This document shows, in pieces, positions 26,502-35,081 of a stretch of 64,000 nt of DNA (the first letter of the stretch is position 1; each line of letters starts with the position of its first letter). The DNA is taken from the IMG/VR virus record IMGVR_UViG_3300018080_000122, positions 1-64,000 of that record; one strand, written 5' to 3'. The stretch comes from a virus. Under the pieces are notes generated by a model, which saw only the letters and a list, made by a program, of their open reading frames with translations, did no database searches and was not told the origin of the DNA. Made by a program: the position numbers and the translations under genes.

Positions 26502-29174
26502 ATGAAGCTGTTATATCCCAATATGGAGGATATTGCTCACCAAGTCAGTAAAGCAGACGAGTTCTCGTTTGATATTGAATGTTTCGCCCCTGGAGAGGGC
26601 GCCGGGAAGCTGGAACACTTGGACCCATTCAAGACGCAGATAGTAGGTATATCCCTAGCCACGAAGCACAACGCCTGGTACATCCCGTTCGGTGTAGACC
26701 CCAAGACAAACAAGAAGTACGCGCCCTTCCTGGAGTTCAAGAGGATCTTCAAAGATATCTTCTTAGACAAGGACAAGCGTGGGGTTGCCTGGAGTTGCAA
26801 ATTTGACTATAAGATCTTGACATTCAACGACTTACAGATAGACAACGAGCTGGTTGACCCCATGATCGCCTCGTTCCTGTGCGACGAGAACTTCCCACAC
26901 GGACTAAAGGCCACCACGGCGCGTGAGCTTGGAATTCTACAGACTAAAATCACGGAAGTGTGGGACAACCCGTATTCACAGGAGTTCTTTGATTATGGTC
27001 GTGATGACGCCATCTACACGCTCAGACTATGGAAGGAGGTCTTCGAGCCGCGTTTGGCCGAAGAGGGAATGGAGAAGCCGTTCTGGGCTTTCGAGATGCC
27101 GTGCGTCAAGATCGCGGCCGAAATGGAAATGAACGGCATCTTGATGGACGTGGCCTACATCAATGACTACGTGATCAAAGCTACGGGGCAGTTGAAGAAG
27201 ATCGAAGAGGATCTCTTCAACATGGCCGACAAAGAGTTCAATATCAATTCTCCCAAGCAGATTGGTGCCATCATGTTTGGGGACGCAGTAACGGGCGAAC
27301 CGGGTCTGGGCCTCCCAACAAGCTGCACGTCCAAAGGAAAACCCATCGGTAAAGCTGGTATTCGCTACTGGAAAACGAATGAAGCCGTCCTGCAGAGATT
27401 GGCCCTCCTGAAAATTCCTGAAGCGGAGTTCCCCAGGCTGATCTTGAAGTACAGAAAGATCACCAAACGTATCAGCACATACTGCCGCCCCTACCTGGAT
27501 AAGTACACCAAGACCGGGGACGGCCGCATCCATTGCTCCTTCAATACGATCGGTACCGAGACAGGACGATGGTGCGTAGCTAAAGGTACCCCTGTGGAGG
27601 TTCTTAGAGACGCTAACGCGTTCCCAAAAGGGATTCCTATTGAAGACGTCAAAGCAGGGGACCTGGCCTACACCTATGATGATAATCTTCAACTGACACT
27701 TAAGAAGGTGAAGTGGGTTGGAAAAACAGGAAATAAACCTGTAGTGCGTGTTCATTGGAGAGGGCAAGGACGTAAGCACACAGGTTACGTGGATTTGACA
27801 GAAGACCACGAAGTCAGATTGACAACGGGGATCTATGTCCAAGCCAAAAATCTGGTGCCAGGTGATTCCATACTGGCTCTACACAGATCCAAAGACAAAG
27901 ACGGCTACCAAAGGATGTGGGCCACAAACGAAGGTGAAATACAAAGAGAGCATCGTTGGGTATACGAGAAAATTCATGGCGGTATCCCATGGGGAACATA
28001 CGTTCATCACGAAGATGAGAATCGGAGCAATAACAAGTTAGATAACCTAAAAGCAATGCCTGTATTCGATCACCAGTCCATGCACTCCAAAAAGGTCGCT
28101 CACGCCAGAAGTTTACCCACTAAGCTGGCGCAGAGATACGTCGGTAAGAATTACTACAAATTCAAGGAATTACAAGAATATTTCGGCTTCGTGAATCCCT
28201 ATAACCACACTGTCGTAAAGGTTGAAAGATTGCCTGGGACTGTGGATGTCTACGATATGGAGGTTGAGGACACACACAATTTCATTGCCGGGGAGTTGTG
28301 CGTTCACAACTGTTCAAGAAATCCCAATATGCAGAACCTTCCCCGTGCCTCTAAAGAGTTTTCGTTGCGACGTGCTGTGATTGCTGAAGAGGGTTTCTAT
28401 ATCCTCAGCTCGGACTTTTCCCAACTCGAAATGAGGCTTATGGCAGAGGTTTCCATGGACCCTGTCCTCATAGAGATCTATAAACGCAACGGCAAATGCG
28501 ACTGCGCGACGTGGAAGGCGTCTTACGCTAAGGACCCGGAAGAGCCGCGATGCCGTCACGTTGACGTTCACACCAGGACTTCTGAAGACGCCAAGATCTC
28601 TAGACAGGACGCCAAGCCCTTGAATTTCGGCGCTATCTATGGAATGGGTTGGAAGGCCCTGATTGCCCAGGTCTTCAAGTTCACTGGCGGGACCAGGATC
28701 ATCTCCGAGGCACAGTCCAAGCACATGCTCCGCTCTTTCTTCAACACCTACAGGAATGTGAAGCGCTACCATAACTGGGTGAATGAGCGCTGCATTGACA
28801 GAGGGTGGATCAAAACGCTCCTTGGGCGTAAGCGCCGCATTTTCCACGTGGACAAAAGCGACTGGCGTAGTAAAGGCGCGGCCTTCCGTGAGCTCACGAA
28901 TGCAAGTGTCCAAGGCAGCGCAGCAGACATTGTTATGTTAGCCCTGCGCAACGTTGCCAGAGAGCGTGATGCTCGCGCTAAAGAAGATCCACGATACGCA
29001 CAGTGCAAGTTCATCTCCATGGTGCACGACGAAATGATTATGGAAGTTCCCATCGAAATCGCCAAAGAGATGAAGGAGATGGTCGTCTATGAGATGAACA
29101 ATTGTGTGAAGCTGAAGCATGTCCCGCTCGCCAGTAACTGCGGCATTGGGCCGAGTTGGGGCGACGCTCACTGA
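26502..29174 (+). CDS. family A DNA polymerase with 3'-5' exonuclease, intein-containing
   Basis: FDIE ExoI, TETGRW...NPNMQNLP, DFSQLEMR (motif A), KPLNFGAIYG (motif B), VHDE (motif C). Confidence 0.95.
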   Translation: MKLLYPNMEDIAHQVSKADEFSFDIECFAPGEGAGKLEHLDPFKTQIVGISLATKHNAWYIPFGVDPKTNKKYAPFLEFKRIFKDIFLDKDKRGVAWSCKFDYKILTFNDLQIDNELVDPMIASFLCDENFPHGLKATTARELGILQTKITEVWDNPYSQEFFDYGRDDAIYTLRLWKEVFEPRLAEEGMEKPFWAFEMPCVKIAAEMEMNGILMDVAYINDYVIKATGQLKKIEEDLFNMADKEFNINSPKQIGAIMFGDAVTGEPGLGLPTSCTSKGKPIGKAGIRYWKTNEAVLQRLALLKIPEAEFPRLILKYRKITKRISTYCRPYLDKYTKTGDGRIHCSFNTIGTETGRWCVAKGTPVEVLRDANAFPKGIPIEDVKAGDLAYTYDDNLQLTLKKVKWVGKTGNKPVVRVHWRGQGRKHTGYVDLTEDHEVRLTTGIYVQAKNLVPGDSILALHRSKDKDGYQRMWATNEGEIQREHRWVYEKIHGGIPWGTYVHHEDENRSNNKLDNLKAMPVFDHQSMHSKKVAHARSLPTKLAQRYVGKNYYKFKELQEYFGFVNPYNHTVVKVERLPGTVDVYDMEVEDTHNFIAGELCVHNCSRNPNMQNLPRASKEFSLRRAVIAEEGFYILSSDFSQLEMRLMAEVSMDPVLIEIYKRNGKCDCATWKASYAKDPEEPRCRHVDVHTRTSEDAKISRQDAKPLNFGAIYGMGWKALIAQVFKFTGGTRIISEAQSKHMLRSFFNTYRNVKRYHNWVNERCIDRGWIKTLLGRKRRIFHVDKSDWRSKGAAFRELTNASVQGSAADIVMLALRNVARERDARAKEDPRYAQCKFISMVHDEMIMEVPIEIAKEMKEMVVYEMNNCVKLKHVPLASNCGIGPSWGDAH
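27573..28310 (+). mobile_element. intein (246 aa) with HNH homing endonuclease in the DNA polymerase
   Basis: Begins CVAKGTPV, ends VYDMEVEDTHNFIAGELCVHN|C; internal VHHEDENRSNNKLDNL. Confidence 0.9.
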
Positions 29175-29217
29175 GCGTCTTCATTAGAGTGAAAACGACG
29201 CTAGAAACGGAGTTTAT

Positions 29218-29814
29218 ATGGATATAGATTTAGACGCTTTGAATTGCTCCCGTTATGAAGTATACGGGCAGCACCTGGTGATTTGGATAACGCCCGACGG
29301 AAAAGCCATTTCGAGGCAACAAATAGACAATTCACAAATCATCAATTATTTTTCACTGGAGAACCACGTGGCGCGTTGGGAGCGCTGCGATATGGAGTCT
29401 TCTACACTCACGTCTCCTACAGAAGCAGTCGTAACCGTATCGGATCTAGAGATTTTGATTTCGAAAATAAGTAAACGTCCATTTGATAGAGAGGACCACA
29501 AAAGGGACAAATGTTACGACTGCTGCGCGTACCCTGGCGAACTACACGAAGATGGTTGTGATGTCGAGCTGTGCAGTATGTGCAGCGGCCAACGCATATC
29601 CTGTAGATGCGATCCTAGCCATGAAGTCGTCAGGTTGAAGTGGACTGGCGAATGGCCAGGCGTAGCAGACGCCGTGGAATTCGGGTGGTACACGTACTCA
29701 GACGATATTGGGGTAGAGCCAGATATTGACAGAGTACACGCCGCAGCAACAGGAAAGGTCAAAGGGTACCGCTGGTCTACGTCAGATGGCAAAGTGGTTA
29801 AGACTAAAGACTGA
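29218..29814 (+). CDS. Cys-rich hypothetical protein
   Basis: CYDC....GELH..GCDVE.C..C.GQ...C.C. Confidence 0.6.
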   Translation: MDIDLDALNCSRYEVYGQHLVIWITPDGKAISRQQIDNSQIINYFSLENHVARWERCDMESSTLTSPTEAVVTVSDLEILISKISKRPFDREDHKRDKCYDCCAYPGELHEDGCDVELCSMCSGQRISCRCDPSHEVVRLKWTGEWPGVADAVEFGWYTYSDDIGVEPDIDRVHAAATGKVKGYRWSTSDGKVVKTKD

Positions 29815-29825
29815 CATGTATTAAC

Positions 29826-29853
29826 TGGCGCTAACTAAAAACAGCGTTACTAT
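29826..29853 (+). promoter_or_regulatory. phage promoter variant TGGCGCTAAC-N12-TACTAT
   Basis: Recurrent motif. Confidence 0.5.
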
Positions 29854-29890
29854 AAAATTATAGGGCGCTACATTAATAAGGAACATTGGC

Positions 29891-30538
29891 ATGACCAAAG
29901 ATGATTACAAGAGGTATTTAGCCAGCGACCATTGGAAGGAGACCAGAAAGGCTGCGTTGGCGCGCGCCAAATGGAAATGTCAATTGTGTTGTAGTTTTAA
30001 AGATCTCAACGTGCACCACCGGACGTATGCCAACCTGGGTCACGAAGAGGATTGTGATCTGACAGTGTTGTGTAGAGACTGCCATGCTAAATTCCACGGT
30101 GACCTACCAAAAGCGTCTCCAGATAGCAATAAAGATAAACCACTTGTAACGCTTGCCATGTTTTGTACCTCAACGCCGAAGCCAAATGATGTGACCATCA
30201 ACGGCAAACTGCTGCCGAGGCGCACCTCAAATTTACTAAAACGAGATGACGCTTTAAAGGATACAGTAGTAGAGTACTCCAGGTTACTTAATGCTAGAGT
30301 GCCTTATAATTACACACTGTCCCACAAAGAGGTAATAACAGCCAAGAAGATACTGGAGCGCGTAGGCAACCCAGAGACAGTGCTAGACTTCTACCGTTGG
30401 GTATTTAGAGAATGGGACGGTCCCATCATAAAGAGCCTATCTGGAGTGTGTGATATACACACGCCAACGCTCCACGTGCTGTTGGGTTTCACTTCTATAC
30501 TAGACTGTTTTTATGAGCGCAAACAAAACCGTGGATAA
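29891..30538 (+). CDS. HNH endonuclease fused to a paralog of the replication-initiator C-terminal domain
   Basis: CQLC..LNVHH.TY...LTVLCRDCH; FYRWVFREW...PTLHVLLGF matches 8615..10135. Confidence 0.8.
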   Translation: MTKDDYKRYLASDHWKETRKAALARAKWKCQLCCSFKDLNVHHRTYANLGHEEDCDLTVLCRDCHAKFHGDLPKASPDSNKDKPLVTLAMFCTSTPKPNDVTINGKLLPRRTSNLLKRDDALKDTVVEYSRLLNARVPYNYTLSHKEVITAKKILERVGNPETVLDFYRWVFREWDGPIIKSLSGVCDIHTPTLHVLLGFTSILDCFYERKQNRG

Positions 30539-30541
30539 GAT

Positions 30542-31057
30542 ATGGGCCTGAAGATAGAGGCAGTTCTAGGTAGAAAAATATATCAACTGATATGCGATGA
30601 TTGCTTCGCTGAAGGCCCTATTTCCATCAGCATAGACCGCCTCATTAAAAAGAAGGAAAAAGCCCACTGGAAGATGTGGAACAACAATGGCCTGTGGCGT
30701 GTCAAGTGCGCTGACTGTAGCCGTGGCATGTTCAGAGACGAAACGGGCACCAGAATCTGTATTCAGTGTGGCCGTGCTTTCTACCCCTCCAAACCCACCG
30801 TCAAGCGCTGCTCCCCAGAATGTAGCCAGAAGTCACAGAGGAAAGCGGAGCGACCCACAAAGGCACGACTACGTGAACTGGTATGGGAAATGCCGACCAC
30901 AGACGTGGCCAAAATGTTCGGCGTCAGCGACAAGGCCGTCTCTAAATGGTGCAAAAAGTATGAGATAGAGAAGCCTCCTCGCGGATACTGGGCGAAGCAA
31001 AAAGCTGATAAAAAAACGAAAAAAAGACTAGCAAAACGTGTAGTCCTGCTACAATGA
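30542..31057 (+). CDS. Zn-finger/HTH protein
   Basis: Several CxxC motifs, CSPEC, and an HTH-like segment TDVAKMFGVSDKAVSKWCKKYEI. Confidence 0.6.
   Translation: MGLKIEAVLGRKIYQLICDDCFAEGPISISIDRLIKKKEKAHWKMWNNNGLWRVKCADCSRGMFRDETGTRICIQCGRAFYPSKPTVKRCSPECSQKSQRKAERPTKARLRELVWEMPTTDVAKMFGVSDKAVSKWCKKYEIEKPPRGYWAKQKADKKTKKRLAKRVVLLQ
31015..31056 (+). repeat. left copy of a ~41-bp promoter-like direct repeat flanking the CRISPR-Cas cassette
   Basis: AACGAAAAAAAGACTAGCAAAACGTGTAGTCCTGCTACAATG. Confidence 0.85.
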
Positions 31058-31059
31058 AT

Positions 31060-31330
31060 TAGGGCCAGAAGAAACTAAGATTTCAACTGTCCCTTGCTGC
31101 TTGACAATTGGCTATTGGGTATCCTGCCAACCCAAAGGGGGAGGAGGGGAATTGCATCGGCATTTCCCATGACGCCTCCCCGAAGCGAGCGGGCTTCATG
31201 GCACTGGCCTAAGATCATTCGGTGGTGCCATGAAGTGAGCAGGCCCTGGTAAGACTTGGAGCCCGCATCCATTACTAGGGAGCACTAGTCGAGCGGCTAC
31301 ATCGTGCTGAAATACGTGGGTTCACTCGCA
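31060..31330 (+). ncRNA. candidate tracrRNA/scaffold-like structured RNA
   Basis: No credible ORF, lies behind a TGnTACAAT -10; stems TTGGGT/ACCCAA, GGGGAGG/CCTCCCC, CTTCATGGCAC/GTGCCATGAAG (31194-31235), GCGGGC/GCCCGC, ACTAG/CTAGT. Confidence 0.5.
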
Positions 31331-31476
31331 GCAATATAACTCAAACAATCACAAGTAGTTACTACACGGATCATACACATAGATAGTGTAGGTGCCCTAA
31401 CAATAGCAGCACATACACATACACGCTCGAAAACACTACCATAAACCCATGACAGTATTGAAAATACGACGTGGGG

Positions 31477-32971
31477 GTTTCAGCTGCTAAATGAATCTTT
31501 CAGTGCTGCAGGACCACCTACGTGATGCTTCGATACGGCGGAGACCTTACGTTTCAGCTGCTAAATGAATCTTTCAGTGCTGCAGGCAGGCTCTCAAAGA
31601 GAGGCACCCCGACATTGCAGCGGAGTTTCAGCTGCTAAATGAATCTTTCAGTGCTGCAGGTACATAGGTTATACTTGCCTTTATGTTTTATGGGCATTTC
31701 GTTTCAGCTGCTAAATGAATCTTTCAGTGCTGCAGGTCCCCAGGAGCACTGGCGCGCCCATGTCAGGCCTGTGTTTCAGCTGCTAAATGAATCTTTCAGT
31801 GCTGCAGGGTTCGAAGCAGATACCTTCTCCGCATACATTGACGCCGTTTCAGCTGCTAAATGAATCTTTCAGTGCTGCAGGTCTCACCCTCATCGCCCAC
31901 CCACGTTCGACGTCAGCAGTTTCAGCTGCTAAATGAATCTTTCAGTGCTGCAGGAATGGGGCCTTGCGGCCCTTCGCAACCAAAACAGGGTTTCAGCTGC
32001 TAAATGAATCTTTCAGTGCTGCAGGTATTAGAAGACCAACCAAGGCAGGTATGGGGATTGGTTTCAGCTGCTAAATGAATCTTTCAGTGCTGCAGGGACC
32101 AGAACTCTACTCAGGATTTATCGGCGTGGCCAAGTTTCAGCTGCTAAATGAATCTTTCAGTGCTGCAGGGCCTGCTCCTTGGCCTGCTGCTTGGCCACCT
32201 TGGCGTTTCAGCTGCTAAATGAATCTTTCAGTGCTGCAGGGTGCTGGACACCTGCATCCGTCTCCCACTCGGCCAGTTTCAGCTGCTAAATGAATCTTTC
32301 AGTGCTGCAGGTGCTAACCTTTCGGTCCAGCGGCCTATCAGCATGCTTCTTGTTTCAGCTGCTAAATGAATCTTTCAGTGCTGCAGGAGAGCCGCCTGGA
32401 TGATGCCAGACGCTTCCCGCCACGCAGTTTCAGCTGCTAAATGAATCTTTCAGTGCTGCAGGTCTGTCGAACCTGTCGCCTAATCTACTGCCAGTTGCCT
32501 TCGTTTCAGCTGCTAAATGAATCTTTCAGTGCTGCAGGTGGCTTGCCACAGCAAGCTCTCTACGATCTCTAGGCGTTTCAGCTGCTAAATGAATCTTTCA
32601 GTGCTGCAGGAATCCCTGGTATTTCCTTCTTCTTAGCCATTCTCTAGTTTCAGCTGCTAAATGAATCTTTCAGTGCTGCAGGTTAAAACACCAATCTTAG
32701 ACGCGTATGACAGGAGAGTTTCAGCTGCTAAATGAATCTTTTAGTGCTGCAGGCCGTTCCTCGAATCAAAGTATTTTCCAGGTGGCTGTTTCAGCTGCTA
32801 AATGAATCTTTCAGTGCTGCAGGGGATTCTTCCTGGAGTAGACTCTGGCCGTGGCGTTCACTGTTTCAGCTGCTAAATGAATCTTTCAGTGCTGCAGGTG
32901 GCTACTCATCGTCTGCCTGCCCCGCTTTCTTCTTCGTTTCAGCTGCTAAATGAATCTTTCAGTGCTGCCGG
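31477..32971. CRISPR. CRISPR array: 21 repeats of 36 bp and 20 unique spacers of 34-40 bp
   Basis: Repeat GTTTCAGCTGCTAAATGAATCTTTCAGTGCTGCAGG; single-base variants at repeat 18 (32718) and repeat 21 (32936); degenerate partial copy at 33001-33022. Confidence 0.98.
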
Positions 32972-33044
32972 GATTAACGCTGTTTACCAACGCTGAAAAA
33001 GTTTACGCTGCTAGACTCATCTAGCAGATGGAAAGGAGTTTCTA

Positions 33045-34577
33045 ATGGATAAAAGCAAGAGAATACTAGCTGTTTTACGTGCTGATTTGGGTCTGCCTAC
33101 ACTTAATAAAGATAAGAGGCAGGAGTGGGCCGCCAAAAGCACGACGTCCGCAAAGCGCCTACTACAGCAGTCTGACGAGTTTGAACTCATACGGGAACGT
33201 CTGGCCATACTGCGCAACCTCTCCCATCGTGTGCACAACAAAGCAATGACTAGCATTTACTTCACCAAAAAGACTAATTATCTAAAATCCAAGAAAGGTG
33301 AATCTGGAGTAAACGCGCAGTCCCAAGCCTATAGAGATGTGCTGAACGATAATGACGATCCTTTAGCGTCACATCTCAAAGATCAAGGCGTCCCAACAGG
33401 ATTTATAACGACTACAATAAATTTTGTCTCGCAGTGTTACAACAAAACCAAGGAAAAGCAGGTCAACATGGGCGACCAATCTCTACCATCATGGAAGTAC
33501 CCCAGCCCTGTAAGTTTTGCACGAGCGCTGTGGCGTGTAGAGAAGATGGATTATGTAACTATGGACGGTACCGTCAAGAAAGTCGACGCCATACGAGTGC
33601 CTTTGTGGAGCAGAGACGCAGCTAAAGACGCCGGGAGGAAAGGCACTAGTAAATGCTCAGCGTGTATCCCCATATTCCCTCCAACCAAGAACAAAAACGG
33701 TAAGAAGATAGCCCACAACGATTATTGGTGGGCAAGGTTCAAAAAGCTGCTAGATAACGCCAGCGCACAAGGTGGCCTCAAAATAATCTGGGACAAAAAG
33801 AAGAAAAAATGGTGCGCCCTCATATCTGTGTATGAGGACAAAGCAGAGCCGTCCACAAAAAACAAAATCCTTGGAGTAGACATCGGAATCACTAACCCGG
33901 TCGTGTGTGCCGTTGGCCACGGTTGGGGAGTTAAGTTCATAGGGAGCAAGCGAGAAATGCTTAGAAAGAAAGGGTATTTCAAAAATAAAATTAGGGAGTG
34001 CGGCCGCTCCAGCAAGGGCAGAAAGTGGGTTCCTGGTAATGGTGGTCGGGGGTTCAAACGGCGCAACAAAAAAATGATGCAAATACAGAACGCGGCGGCC
34101 AGATACTGTAACACCAAGTGCCAACAATATGCCGCTAAGGTGGTCAAGATGTGCAAGAATTTGGGATGCGGCATCATAGCCATCGAGAAATTCAGAAAAT
34201 CTCCTGTTAAACAAGCCCAGGAGAAGTCCGCCAATGACAGGGGATACGTTGAGAAGAAAGTGCTAATGTGGCGCCCATATCTGATGCATATGGCCATTAT
34301 CAATGCAGCTACTCGCGCAGGTATACAAGTTATTCAGGTAGACGCTGGGTACACATCACAGAGATGCGCGCAATGCGGATGCATACTTAAGGCTAACAGG
34401 GACGTCAATAATGCCCAAGAGTTTTGTTGCCAGAAATGTGGGCATAAAGAAAATGCAGACGTCAATGCTGCCCGTAACGTGGCGCAGCAAGCCGCAGGGG
34501 AGTGGAAGGCCCCCAAAAAGATCAAAACCAAATCCAACGCAAAAAACAAAATCAAGGCCAATAAAAAGATAGGGTAA
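33045..34577 (+). CDS. compact type V effector, Cas12f/TnpB-like RuvC nuclease (510 aa)
   Basis: GDQSLPSWK (Cas12f-like), RuvC-I LGVDIG, RuvC-II IAIE, YTSQRCAQCG...CQKCG Zn finger, RuvC-III NADVNAARN; 73 bp from the array. Confidence 0.85.
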   Translation: MDKSKRILAVLRADLGLPTLNKDKRQEWAAKSTTSAKRLLQQSDEFELIRERLAILRNLSHRVHNKAMTSIYFTKKTNYLKSKKGESGVNAQSQAYRDVLNDNDDPLASHLKDQGVPTGFITTTINFVSQCYNKTKEKQVNMGDQSLPSWKYPSPVSFARALWRVEKMDYVTMDGTVKKVDAIRVPLWSRDAAKDAGRKGTSKCSACIPIFPPTKNKNGKKIAHNDYWWARFKKLLDNASAQGGLKIIWDKKKKKWCALISVYEDKAEPSTKNKILGVDIGITNPVVCAVGHGWGVKFIGSKREMLRKKGYFKNKIRECGRSSKGRKWVPGNGGRGFKRRNKKMMQIQNAAARYCNTKCQQYAAKVVKMCKNLGCGIIAIEKFRKSPVKQAQEKSANDRGYVEKKVLMWRPYLMHMAIINAATRAGIQVIQVDAGYTSQRCAQCGCILKANRDVNNAQEFCCQKCGHKENADVNAARNVAQQAAGEWKAPKKIKTKSNAKNKIKANKKIG

Positions 34578-34578
34578 T

Positions 34579-34619
34579 AACGAAAAAAGACTAGCAAAAC
34601 GTGTAGTCCTGTTATAATG
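34579..34619 (+). repeat. right copy of the promoter-like direct repeat
   Basis: AACGAAAAAAGACTAGCAAAACGTGTAGTCCTGTTATAATG. Confidence 0.85.
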
Positions 34620-35081
34620 TATAGAGCGAACAGGAACCGCAACCAGATGGAGTATTTCAGATCCCAAACCATGTTCAGGTGCACGGATCGTGTGAACTGC
34701 AACCACCGGCGGCAGGTATTCGGTCAAGGTTTGTGGGCGCAAGAGCAGGATAGGCCATGAGGCTCCAGTTCAGCAGACAGGTGGCTCCGCGAGTATTCGT
34801 TGCCGTTGGATGGCTGGCCGTGATGTGGTGGGGATGGGATAACGGCAGACTAGAGATCAGGTGGGATTGGAGATGAGCATCTTGCACGATACATCCGTTG
34901 ACTACTACGGCATTTTCGATAAGGCGTCCGCCGCTGATGACATCAACATGGTCGTGGTGGATGTCAGCCTCGATCCAGCGGACGGTCAGTGGCATATCCT
35001 CGTAAGGTCAGACGATCTGGATGTGAGCCGAGCGCGTCGTAGGTGGGAGACTGCTATCGAGAAGCGCAGGATGGAGAAGTC

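Noticed and set aside
31513-32935. Self-targeting spacers
   Set aside because: No convincing match to this window found by eye. Partial similarity of spacer 16 to the start at 10128 is too short. A computational search is needed.
31513-32935. Spacer strand bias implying RNA targeting
   Set aside because: Many spacers read as coding on the minus strand but several read as coding on the plus strand; this cannot be decided without protospacers.
31639-32953. ORFs 31639..31863 and 32732..32953
   Set aside because: They are translations of CRISPR repeats and spacers (FQLLNESFSAAG).
33045-34577. IS200/IS605 transposon TnpB or nuclease-dead Cas12f
   Set aside because: No adjacent TnpA or right-end hairpin, an adjacent CRISPR array is present, and the catalytic D/E/D residues are intact.
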